Made by a program: the position numbers and the translations under genes. A model generated the notes under the pieces. It was given only the letters and a program-made list of their open reading frames with translations. It was not told the DNA's origin and ran no database searches. Below, one piece after another: positions 56,358 through 64,000 of a stretch of DNA of 64,000 bases. Location of the stretch: positions 17,266-81,265 of IMG/VR virus record IMGVR_UViG_3300012001_000006, one strand, 5' to 3'. How positions within the stretch are numbered: the stretch's first letter is position 1; each line of letters starts with the position of its first letter. The stretch is from a virus.

Positions 56358-56711
56358 TTATTCGAGCAACTCCAAAACACCGGAAGTGAAATCATCAAAC
56401 ACAGCGGAATCCATTTCTGCGCCTTCGATAATCTCAGACACAGCGGCAGCGGAATCCTTTGCGACGCGCATGTGGGCATGTCCTTCGCCGGTCGCCTCGA
56501 TCACCTGACGCTGCCGGCCCCTCCTCTTCTCGATGCCTTTCTTGAAGATCAAGCCGTGCGCGATCAAGGCGCGGATCGAGAATTGCAGACTTTGCTTGGA
56601 GGTCTCGTAGCGCACGCGCTCCAGAATTTCATCCAGGTCGGCTGGCATATCGAGACCATTACCGGCGCTAATTACGCGCAGCAATTCAGACTGTTTGGTT
56701 GTCAGGTGCAT
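56358..56711 (-). CDS. Winged-helix DNA-binding protein
   Basis: LTTKQSELL, DLDEILE, SKQSLQFSIRALIAHGLI, RRGR wing. Confidence 0.75.
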   Translation of the reverse strand: MHLTTKQSELLRVISAGNGLDMPADLDEILERVRYETSKQSLQFSIRALIAHGLIFKKGIEKRRGRQRQVIEATGEGHAHMRVAKDSAAAVSEIIEGAEMDSAVFDDFTSGVLELLE

Positions 56712-57678
56712 CTTCTTCTTCCCAAGCGAGGGCAATAAGGGGTGTGAGTGCTTCAATTGCGGCTAGTTGGGCGCGTGTGGCCGCCAAATCAAGTCGCTCG
56801 TGGGTTGCCTGGTTGTCGAACGCAATTAGCGGCAGGCGGGCTGGTATCGCGTCTTCGCGACCGAAGTCGGGGTTGGTGAAAACGCCGTACAGCGGGCTGG
56901 CAAACACTAGCTGCTGCAACGATCGCAGGAGGTAGGGAACTTCCATCGCATCGACGCGTGACGTGCCGTTAGCGCGGTTGTCGCCCGACTTCTCCATCGA
57001 GGAGCATTTGTAATAGAACTTGCGCATGTCCGCGATGCACTTGTCGCGTGCGAATGGCGGCAACGCGTTCAGCTCTTCCAGCACACCCACGTAATCCGAT
57101 GGCGTACAGGTGAACCATCGCCGAAACCATTCCAGGCCGCTGATGTAGCTCGACGATCGCTTCGGCTTGGTGAACAGCATCCCTGCCTTGGAGGCGAACG
57201 GGTTGAACTTCGACATCGACGACTGGAATTCGACATAGCGGCAGCCAGTCATTCGCATCATGAGGTTCTGCATCCGGTACGCGATGCCGGCGCCGCGGAA
57301 GACCGTATCTAGCACCAGACGACTGTTCGTGCAGGAGAAGGCATTGATCCAGATCGCGCGGTGACGGTTGATCAGCTTCGTGTCGCGTCCATTCACGTTG
57401 GGGCGCAGGTTGGTGAACACCTCGTTGCGGCCCGACAGGAGCATCTTCGGTACGGTCATGACACCCACCCCGATCACCTGCCCGCGCAGCACGCAGCGGA
57501 AGATTTTCGGGCCGATCCCCAAGTTCTCCGCCTTGTAGTGCAGTTCGTGCAGAAGGTTCCAGTCATCCTTGGTGCCGCGCTCGACGTAAATCTCAGGCAG
57601 CAGCGAGAAGGTGTGATTCTTCGGCACTTCATGACGCGTGATGTGCCAGTCCGCGGTGTCGGCAACGAGATGACTCAC
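56686..57678 (-). CDS. GNAT/Mom-like acetyltransferase-fold protein
   Basis: ELHYK; SRLVLDTVFRGAGIAYR acyl-CoA-binding motif; SMSKFNPF..KAGM. Confidence 0.7.
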   Translation of the reverse strand: MSHLVADTADWHITRHEVPKNHTFSLLPEIYVERGTKDDWNLLHELHYKAENLGIGPKIFRCVLRGQVIGVGVMTVPKMLLSGRNEVFTNLRPNVNGRDTKLINRHRAIWINAFSCTNSRLVLDTVFRGAGIAYRMQNLMMRMTGCRYVEFQSSMSKFNPFASKAGMLFTKPKRSSSYISGLEWFRRWFTCTPSDYVGVLEELNALPPFARDKCIADMRKFYYKCSSMEKSGDNRANGTSRVDAMEVPYLLRSLQQLVFASPLYGVFTNPDFGREDAIPARLPLIAFDNQATHERLDLAATRAQLAAIEALTPLIALAWEEEDAPDNQTV

Positions 57679-58013
57679 GGCCGCTCGCCACTGATTGCTG
57701 CGCGCGTGCGTGGCCCGACTTTCATCTCGGCTAACGCTTGCGCGACAAACACCGGCGCGACGCCGGCGCCATTACACAAGATCGACGATTCGCCGACCAG
57801 ATACGGCCCGCCGCGCGTGACGAGACCGCCGCTTGCGTATATCTGGCCTGGCAGGCCGCCTGGGCGCGGAAGGATGTTGAACGGCGGGTTGATGGTGATC
57901 TTGCCGCGGGTCTGGTCGATCTTGTTCTGAATCGCCTTGCGGGCCTGGTCAGTGACGCCTGGTGCGGTCTGAATGAAGCCTTCGAGCCAGTAGGTGAATT
58001 GTTCCGGTGTCAT
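57675..58013 (-). CDS. Hypothetical protein
   Basis: MTPEQFTYWLEGF start, coupled by ATGA overlap. Confidence 0.65.
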   Translation of the reverse strand: MTPEQFTYWLEGFIQTAPGVTDQARKAIQNKIDQTRGKITINPPFNILPRPGGLPGQIYASGGLVTRGGPYLVGESSILCNGAGVAPVFVAQALAEMKVGPRTRAAISGERP

Positions 58014-58297
58014 GGTGAGCCTTCTGTAGTTTGAGGATCGCGACGCTTGGCCTCGATCACGTTGCTGTAGAACCAAATCGAAAACGCGATGCCGCACGCA
58101 CCGCCGGCGGCGCAGGTTGTGAAGACGGTCATGTCGCCGGACGCCGCGTACCGGATGAACAGGAAGTTCGCCATCGAGATGCCGAACGAGGTCAGAATGG
58201 CGGCCAGGTAGCGCCCTTGATTGACGTTCTTCGACTGCAAGCCAAGCAGAAAGACGACAAAGAAGTTACTGACGAACATCAGCAGGTAGTCGGTCAT
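58010..58297 (-). CDS. Small 3-TM membrane protein
   Basis: FFVVFLLGLQSKNVNQGRY..; three hydrophobic segments. Confidence 0.75.
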   Translation of the reverse strand: MTDYLLMFVSNFFVVFLLGLQSKNVNQGRYLAAILTSFGISMANFLFIRYAASGDMTVFTTCAAGGACGIAFSIWFYSNVIEAKRRDPQTTEGSP

Positions 58298-58407
58298 GCG
58301 AAATGTCTCCGGCCGCGACCGTCCCTGAAGTCGATCTGACGCTCCGCCACCAGTTTGGTGAGCGCGCGGCGGCAGTAGGTGTACGCGCTGAAGAAAAAGA
58401 TGCTCAT
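58294..58407 (-). CDS. Possible 37-aa peptide
   Basis: MSIFFFSAYTYCRR...RHFA; ATGA overlaps at both ends. Confidence 0.45.
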   Translation of the reverse strand: MSIFFFSAYTYCRRALTKLVAERQIDFRDGRGRRHFA

Positions 58408-58733
58408 CGGATGCCCAATATGGAGAGGTGATGTTTGATGTCGGTCATGGCGCCAACCTGGCACGTCAGCCCGACCTGCCGGCCCTTGCTGTAGACCAGA
58501 ATGCTTGGCACCGAGCGCACGGATTCCAAATTCGTCGTTCGGTAGTTCGCGCCGGCGTCGATGATGCAGAGCCGGAAGTCCAGCAATTGCGACAGCTCCT
58601 CAAGCAACGGCTTTACCCGCTGACATGGGGCGCAGGTCGGGCTGGAGAACAGCACAACGACCGGCTCCTTGTACGAAGCCATCAACACGTCATCCAGAAA
58701 GGTGGCGTCGGTAACTTGGACTACTTCTCGCAT
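58404..58733 (-). CDS. Thioredoxin-family protein
   Basis: VTDATF...PVVVLFSSPTCAPCQ (CxxC), VRSVPS. Confidence 0.85.
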   Translation of the reverse strand: MREVVQVTDATFLDDVLMASYKEPVVVLFSSPTCAPCQRVKPLLEELSQLLDFRLCIIDAGANYRTTNLESVRSVPSILVYSKGRQVGLTCQVGAMTDIKHHLSILGIR

Positions 58734-59380
58734 GATTTGAACCCCTCTGGCGTGCGGACGATTTGGACTTTCTCGCGGTACTTCTTGTTGATTTGCAGCG
58801 TAGGTGCCAGGTCAGCAACCATGTCCGAGTGGGTGGTCGCGACGATCAGCGTGGCGCCGACACTGCGCGCGATCTTCTGCATGTTGAAGGCGACGTTGAC
58901 CGCCACGGTGCGATCCAGCACCGCCAGGAACTCGTCAGCGAACCAGACCTTCGACTGCGACTCGATCGCTTTGGCGAGCCGGAACCGGTAGCGCTGGCCG
59001 TCCGACAGTTGGGCCGGCTTGCGCAGCCAGATATAGGCGTCGTTGATGCCGACCATGCCCATGATGTTGGTGCCTTCGTTGGTCGTTTTGCCGATCTGGT
59101 CGATCAGCGGCTTGTCCAGCAGTTCGATTTCGTCGATGCTGACCACATCGAGGCCGCCGGCTTCCATCTGGGCGCGCAGCTCGCGCAGCAGCAGCGACTT
59201 ACCTCCGCCGGACTCGCCGGTGATGTACACCACTTCGCCCTGCTCGATGTCCAGCTCAAGGTTGTCGAACACGACGAACTCTTTGCTGTCCAGGCCAAGC
59301 CCGAATGCTTCTGCGATCTCAAGGACGCGCGGCGTGCGCTCCACCCGCGTCTCGAAGCGTTTGTTGATTAGATATTTCAT
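58721..59380 (-). CDS. Stand-alone ABC-type ATPase
   Basis: GESGGGKS, signature LSDGQRYR, WFADEF..LD, ATTH. Confidence 0.9.
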   Translation of the reverse strand: MKYLINKRFETRVERTPRVLEIAEAFGLGLDSKEFVVFDNLELDIEQGEVVYITGESGGGKSLLLRELRAQMEAGGLDVVSIDEIELLDKPLIDQIGKTTNEGTNIMGMVGINDAYIWLRKPAQLSDGQRYRFRLAKAIESQSKVWFADEFLAVLDRTVAVNVAFNMQKIARSVGATLIVATTHSDMVADLAPTLQINKKYREKVQIVRTPEGFKSCEK

Positions 59381-60054
59381 GCAGTCACCACTGACTTATC
59401 AACAGGAGCAAAATGTTTCACGAATTCGACGAAGGCTTCGGCGCCGGTCTTGCCGGTCTCGCCTTCGAGCTGCGCCATGAAGATCGCCACAAACCGCTCG
59501 TCTTTACCCTTGATCGACTTGAAGCCGAGCGCCTTGGAGATCTGAACCTCTTTTTCGTCGACCGCGGCAAGGGTGGCGACAGTCTCGTCGGTCTGCCGGA
59601 CGACCGCGGCGTCCAGGTCGTCAACGAAGGCGCCGACGTTCATCTCGCCCATGTCGGCAACCATGAAGTCCAGCTCCTTCTTGTCGAAGATGCCGTCCAT
59701 GTCGAAGGACAGGTCGGCCAGTTCTTTCTGAAGGATGTCGGTGTCGATGTTGGAGATCGCGACGCGGTTGTCGGCCAGACGGTATGCCCGTTCCGCCTCC
59801 ACTGTCAGCCCACTGATGACCTCCACCGGCACCTGCCTCATTCCCATGCTGATTGCGGCAAGTCGGCGACCGTGACCGGCCAGGATGATGCCGGCGGCGT
59901 TGACCACGATCGGATTGCCCACCCATCCAAACCTGTTGATGGATTTGGCGATCTTCTCAACCTGCTTTTCGTCGTGGACTTTGGCGTTCAGTTCGTACGG
60001 GAAGATCGTATCGATGTCACGCAACTCGGTTTTTGCCTTTGTAATTTTGGTCAC
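59377..60054 (-). CDS. ParB/Srx N-terminal domain protein
   Basis: PYELNAKVH, SINRFGW..PIVV, AGHGRRLA, RLADNR. Confidence 0.88.
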   Translation of the reverse strand: MTKITKAKTELRDIDTIFPYELNAKVHDEKQVEKIAKSINRFGWVGNPIVVNAAGIILAGHGRRLAAISMGMRQVPVEVISGLTVEAERAYRLADNRVAISNIDTDILQKELADLSFDMDGIFDKKELDFMVADMGEMNVGAFVDDLDAAVVRQTDETVATLAAVDEKEVQISKALGFKSIKGKDERFVAIFMAQLEGETGKTGAEAFVEFVKHFAPVDKSVVTA

Positions 60055-60055
60055 G

Positions 60056-60232
60056 CTATGCCGCCTTTTTGAACATGATTGTCTTCAGGTCGTGAACGGT
60101 CAGCGCCTCGCTCTCGTCCTCCCCCTCGTAATTGCTACCGTTATCGCAGTCATCGCATTGGAACGGATCGAACTCCGCATTGATGCAGGAGTCGCAGTAG
60201 TCGTACCCCTTGCCGGCGCAGCGTTGTGCCAT
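60056..60232 (-). CDS. Small Cys-rich acidic protein (58 aa)
   Basis: MAQRCAGKGYDYCDSCINAEFDPFQCDDCDNG...; GGAGG RBS; fills the gap between the two ParB genes. Confidence 0.65.
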   Translation of the reverse strand: MAQRCAGKGYDYCDSCINAEFDPFQCDDCDNGSNYEGEDESEALTVHDLKTIMFKKAA

Positions 60233-60886
60233 TTATGCCTCTGCGTTACGAAGAAGGTGAACCAGCGCGTTGCCGGCATTGGTGAGCGAGTCCTCGTCCT
60301 GGAAGCGTTGCTGCTTCATGACTTTCTCGATCTGTTCGGTAATGACCGACACGTCGCCCGAAGGCACCTTGAAACGCATGATTTGGTGCGTCTGAATCAC
60401 GCGTTCGGTCGGCAATTTGCTTGGGGGTGTGCTGTCGTCGTCAAGATCGAGGTCATCGAGCGCTATATTCACACTTGAGAAGATCGACTGAAATTCAGAG
60501 TCGGAATAAGGCAAGAAAGAGCCTAGTTCTTCAACCCCGCCCAGACTTTCGAGGAGTTCAGCCAATTGAAGCGTGTCGTCGTTACCGTAGCGCCCGTTGT
60601 CCGCGATGCCGATCTCTTTGGCTTGCTTGTCGCTGATCCGGCCGAGGTTGATGATCGGTACGGGGTTGATCTTGAGGCGCAGCGCGGAGTCCCGACGATG
60701 TTCGCCGCCGACGATCTCCAACTGGCCGCTGGCAAGCTCGCGAACGATCACCGGCTTGAACATGCCGAAGCGTTTGATTGATTCGTCAATCTTGACTTCG
60801 TTCTCCGGCGCGACGCGGTTTGTGTTCCAAGGGTTCGGACACAACGACGCTGGATCGGCGGTGGTTTGTGTGTACTGTTGCTGCAT
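60233..60886 (-). CDS. ParB/Srx N-terminal domain protein with possible C-terminal RHH
   Basis: PNPWNTN, SIKRFGMFKPVIVR, GGEHRRD, ADN; C-terminal MRFKV strand followed by two helices. Confidence 0.88.
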   Translation of the reverse strand: MQQQYTQTTADPASLCPNPWNTNRVAPENEVKIDESIKRFGMFKPVIVRELASGQLEIVGGEHRRDSALRLKINPVPIINLGRISDKQAKEIGIADNGRYGNDDTLQLAELLESLGGVEELGSFLPYSDSEFQSIFSSVNIALDDLDLDDDSTPPSKLPTERVIQTHQIMRFKVPSGDVSVITEQIEKVMKQQRFQDEDSLTNAGNALVHLLRNAEA

Positions 60887-60909
60887 AGTGGTCGGCTTTA
60901 CCCTAGTGA

Positions 60910-60938
60910 TTGATAATAAGTCATTTGTGACTTATACT
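60910..60938 (+). promoter_or_regulatory. Sigma70-like promoter with a perfect palindrome across its spacer
   Basis: TTGATA (60910-60915) - N17 - TATACT (60933-60938); TAAGTCA-TTTG-TGACTTA at 60917-60934. Confidence 0.75.
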
Positions 60939-60967
60939 TTAGCATCCTTATACCGAATTGGCAACCC

Positions 60968-62704
60968 ATGACCGAAATAATCACAATTGCATCGAGCGCC
61001 GTCACCGCGAAGCTCCATAAACCGAGCCGCGAGGTGAAGCTGGAGGTGCAGGCGATCCTTTCGTACAACGTCGATGGGGCCGAACACTCGATCTCCTTCA
61101 AGCGCGGATCGTGGGATGGCCGAAGCAGCTTTTTCAACTTCAAGCTCGGCACCTTCCCCGCCGGCTTCATCCATTTCGTCGGTGCGAAGCTGCGCCAGAA
61201 GGGTTACACGGTCAATCAGGTCAGAAAGCCCTTACCGACCCCGCTTGGCCCTCTCAATCCCGTCGTAGACAGCTTCGGTAACGACCCGCGCTACGACTAT
61301 CAGCCCGAAGTGGTCGCCCGTCTGGTCAAACATGGTCAGATCATTGCGCAAGTGGCGACCGGTGGCGGCAAGTCCCGTATCGCGCGCATGGCGTACGCCA
61401 GGCTCGGTCTCCCTACCCTGTTCCTGACCACGCGCGGCATCCTGATGTACCAGATGAAGGACACGTTCGAGCGCGACCTTGGCGTGAAGGTGTCCGTGTT
61501 GGGTGACGGCCAGTTCGGTCACACGATCATCGAGAACGGCGTCGAGAAAACCGCCGTGCGCAAGATGTCGGTCGGCATGGTGCAGACCTTAGTCTCTCGA
61601 CTGGAAGAAAAGACAGTCGAGAGCGAACTCGATCGGATGATGGACGCGCTGATCAAACGCGAGCTGAAGCACTCCAACGCCCTACGAAAGACCCTCGAAG
61701 CAAAGGAAGTGCCGGAGCCTGATATTCGCGCGGCGCTTGTTGCGGCGGACAAAATAGTTGAGGCCGCTCGACCGACAGCGAAACAGATGACCGCGGCTGC
61801 GGCCGTCAAGGTTCACGCGCACATGGCCGATCGCGCCAAGACAATCAGCCTGCTCGGCATGTTCGGGCTGGTGATCCTGGAAGAAGCGCATGAGGCGGCT
61901 GGCAACAGCTACTACGAAATTCTTCAGCATTGCAAGAACGCCCACTACCGCCTGGCCCTGACCGCCACGCCGTTCATGAAGGACTCCGAAGAGTCGAACA
62001 TGCGCCTAATGGCTTGCTCCGGCCCGATCGCGATCAAAGTTACCGAGAAGATGCTGATCGACCGCGGTATCCTGGCACGGCCGCATTTTGAAATCATCCC
62101 GATGGGTATCAAGGCGGGCAAGCTGCACAAGCACACCGCCTGGGCCAGCGCGTACCGACTTGGCATCACCGAAAGCCTCCCGCGCAACACCGCTATCGTG
62201 AACAAGTGCGACCTCATGCGCCAGTACGGCCTGTCGTCAATGGTGCTGATCCAGCAAACCAAGCACGGCGAGATCCTGCTGGAGATGATGATCAGGCGCG
62301 GCTTGCGGGTCGAGTACATCCAGGGCGAGGATGACCAGGAGGGCCGGAAGGCCGCTTTGCGTCGTCTGGCCGCCGGCGAGATCGACGTGCTGATCGGCAC
62401 CACCATCCTCGATGTCGGTGTGGACGTGCCGGCGGTTGGTCATGTCTGCCTGGCCGGCGGTGGCAAAGCGGAAGTCGCGCTGCGTCAGCGCATCGGTCGC
62501 GGCTTGCGTGAAAAGAAGGTCGGCCCCAACCTGTGCTTCGTCACCGACTTCGACGATTCCTTCAATACCCACCTGCGCGACCACGCGAAGCAACGCCTGG
62601 CGATCATCAAAGGTACACCTGGCTTCGACGAGAGCGTGTTGGAGGGCGGCCGCACCTTTAACTTCGAAGCGCTCGGCTATTCCAAAGTCCGGCTGGCCGC
62701 CTAA
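60968..62704 (+). CDS. SF2 (UvsW/ResIII-like) DNA helicase
   Basis: YDYQ, ATGGGKS, ILEEAH, ALTATP, LDVGVDVP, QRIGRGLR. Confidence 0.92.
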   Translation: MTEIITIASSAVTAKLHKPSREVKLEVQAILSYNVDGAEHSISFKRGSWDGRSSFFNFKLGTFPAGFIHFVGAKLRQKGYTVNQVRKPLPTPLGPLNPVVDSFGNDPRYDYQPEVVARLVKHGQIIAQVATGGGKSRIARMAYARLGLPTLFLTTRGILMYQMKDTFERDLGVKVSVLGDGQFGHTIIENGVEKTAVRKMSVGMVQTLVSRLEEKTVESELDRMMDALIKRELKHSNALRKTLEAKEVPEPDIRAALVAADKIVEAARPTAKQMTAAAAVKVHAHMADRAKTISLLGMFGLVILEEAHEAAGNSYYEILQHCKNAHYRLALTATPFMKDSEESNMRLMACSGPIAIKVTEKMLIDRGILARPHFEIIPMGIKAGKLHKHTAWASAYRLGITESLPRNTAIVNKCDLMRQYGLSSMVLIQQTKHGEILLEMMIRRGLRVEYIQGEDDQEGRKAALRRLAAGEIDVLIGTTILDVGVDVPAVGHVCLAGGGKAEVALRQRIGRGLREKKVGPNLCFVTDFDDSFNTHLRDHAKQRLAIIKGTPGFDESVLEGGRTFNFEALGYSKVRLAA

Positions 62705-62771
62705 TCATATTGTATGTTGTCTGAAACCTGTGTATATTGAATCATTCACTTCTGACTTATAAAGGCGATCC

Positions 62772-62978
62772 ATGAATCAAGCGCTGTTGATGAACTTTGG
62801 AATTATGGTCGCGGCCGTGTTTGCGCTGTACCTGACGAAAGACCCGCTCGTTCTCCTGATCCCTGGCCTTCTGATGTCGCAACTGCCATTTGGCCTGCTC
62901 GCGCAAGGTCGCGACGGGAATGATGACGACGATGACGACGAGGCGCAACCGATGGGATTCACGCAGGACGTTCACTGA
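62772..62978 (+). CDS. Small membrane protein with acidic tail
   Basis: Two hydrophobic stretches then DDDDDDE; AAAGG RBS. Confidence 0.65.
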   Translation: MNQALLMNFGIMVAAVFALYLTKDPLVLLIPGLLMSQLPFGLLAQGRDGNDDDDDDEAQPMGFTQDVH

Positions 62979-62997
62979 CCGATCGCTTTGTTGCCTC

Positions 62998-63024
62998 AGC
63001 GCCTCACTTGGGGCGCTTTTTTTT
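62998..63024 (+). terminator. Rho-independent terminator
   Basis: GCGCCTC/GGGGCGC hairpin followed by T8. Confidence 0.75.
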
Positions 63025-63086
63025 GCGTGTTAATTTAAGTCGTGAGCTATAATTATCCTGCAACTTAAACACACGGAGACATTGCC

Positions 63087-63374
63087 ATGACAACCGAAGA
63101 GAATATCGCCCGATTCACCATCACGGTCAGCAAGCCGCATCAGCGCACGCTCGCCGAGTTGGCGAAGCAGTACAAGATCAGCCAAGGCGAAGTCGTTGAG
63201 GTCTTTCTCGACAGCGCAGACATGGAAGAATTCGCCACCTACTTCACCCGTAAGCGCGACGAGAAGGTCGATATGCGGGCTGGCGCCGATAAAGCGCTCC
63301 TGTCGAAGCTCAAGAAGCTCACGCCGGCTCAACTCGCCATGATCGAGAAGATGTCGGCAGAAAACGAATCATAA
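63087..63374 (+). CDS. Putative RHH-type DNA-binding protein
   Basis: RFTITVSKPHQRTLAELAKQYKISQGEVVE; TATAAT and GGAG upstream. Confidence 0.6.
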   Translation: MTTEENIARFTITVSKPHQRTLAELAKQYKISQGEVVEVFLDSADMEEFATYFTRKRDEKVDMRAGADKALLSKLKKLTPAQLAMIEKMSAENES

Positions 63375-63399
63375 CCGGCCCTGCGCCATGGAGAAATCA

Positions 63400-63729
63400 A
63401 TGAAAAAAGCAATCGTAATGGGTGTCCTGGTCTTTGCGGCGATGTCCGCTTCGGCCCTATCTCTCGGCTTCAACATGGCCGCGCTCGACCTTCAGCTCGA
63501 TACCTGTCATGCCAGTATCAGGAATGGCGACTATGATTTCTGCCGCAATGCGAAGAGTGAGGCGGTAGACTCATTCAAGCAAGATTATCGCCCCGCCGAC
63601 ATCGCCAACCCCAAGGTGAAGGCGATGTTCGCACAGTGGATGACCGCGATGGATACCGCTGGTACGCGTCAGGGGCAAGCCGAGGAAGCGAAGTTCCACA
63701 CTCTCATGAACGAGCTGAAGCTAGACTGA
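63400..63729 (+). CDS. Secreted hypothetical protein (signal peptide, two Cys)
   Basis: MKKAIVMGVLVFAAMSASA-L signal peptide; GGAGA RBS. Confidence 0.7.
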   Translation: MKKAIVMGVLVFAAMSASALSLGFNMAALDLQLDTCHASIRNGDYDFCRNAKSEAVDSFKQDYRPADIANPKVKAMFAQWMTAMDTAGTRQGQAEEAKFHTLMNELKLD

Positions 63730-63730
63730 C

Positions 63731-64000
63731 ATGAGCCGCTTCTTCACGTACCACACTGGTCACTTCCCGAACAACTCGGCTTATATCGAGGTAACGGACG
63801 ACGATCGGTGGTTCACGCACCTGGATGACGGCACCGCACGCGAAAACACAGATACGCGGGCGGTTGGTAAGTTGCCGCGCGTTCATGGCGCCCTTCTATA
63901 CGTTCAGAACGGGAACTGGATCGAGATCACGGACAGAATCGACGAGTTCAGGGCCGCGCTGGCTGCCAGGGACGCTCCAGCCACCGTCATGGCTGACCAC
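63731..64000 (+). CDS. Hypothetical protein, runs off the window edge
   Basis: ATG at 63731, MSRFFTYHTGHFPNNSAYIEV..., open to 64000. Confidence 0.55.
   Translation, partial: MSRFFTYHTGHFPNNSAYIEVTDDDRWFTHLDDGTARENTDTRAVGKLPRVHGALLYVQNGNWIEITDRIDEFRAALAARDAPATVMADH

Noticed and set aside
58721-59380. ABC transporter
   Set aside because: No clear permease or substrate-binding gene; the ATPase is linked to GNAT and ParB genes
59377-60886. Classical parABS partition locus
   Set aside because: No adjacent Walker-type ParA and the proteins lack the central HTH of canonical ParB; kept only as an alternative explanation for the palindrome
112-62593. Many long opposite-strand ORFs in the track (e.g. 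1692-2654, 19530-20582, 43122-44258, 53963-54895)
   Set aside because: Antisense shadows of well-supported genes in GC-rich DNA, with no RBS or recognisable motifs
452-62759. CRISPR array or iteron cluster formed by the TAAGTCA repeats
   Set aside because: Copies are dispersed singly or in pairs, kilobases apart, with no regular spacers and no cas or rep gene

Overview
The whole window looks like part of one large temperate tailed phage (long non-contractile tail, roughly 60% GC by eye) in its non-integrated form. Its gene set resembles SSU5/pHCM2-type phage-plasmids: DnaE, CobS/CobT-like pair, ligase, primase, DnaB-like helicase, PhoH, two ParB-like proteins and an ABC ATPase. That family assignment is from recall, and no plasmid rep gene is visible here. 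Layout: replication and early genes (1-9.7 kb and 13.8-26.3 kb, minus strand); a regulatory and integration island (9.9-13.8 kb: XRE HTH, Arc-like protein, RsaM-LuxR fusion, excisionase, integrase, and attP built on the 3' part of tRNA-Cys); lysis, tail, head and packaging genes (26.4-55.9 kb, minus strand); a ParB/ABC/thioredoxin/GNAT operon upstream of terminase; an SF2 helicase; and small accessory genes. Main points of interest: (1) an orphan AHL-type LuxR fused to an RsaM (DUF4902)-like domain, directly upstream of xis/int/attP; (2) an 18-bp palindrome TAAGTCA-N4-TGACTTA present about 24 times, almost always at gene junctions and often inside sigma70-like promoters; (3) a candidate packaging-coupled DNA-modification operon; (4) phage-encoded Hfq-like and sigma-factor-like proteins and a DnaE-UDG fusion. 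All protein calls come from motif recognition by eye; no database search was run. A Burkholderiales host is inferred only from the CepR/RsaM-like gene.
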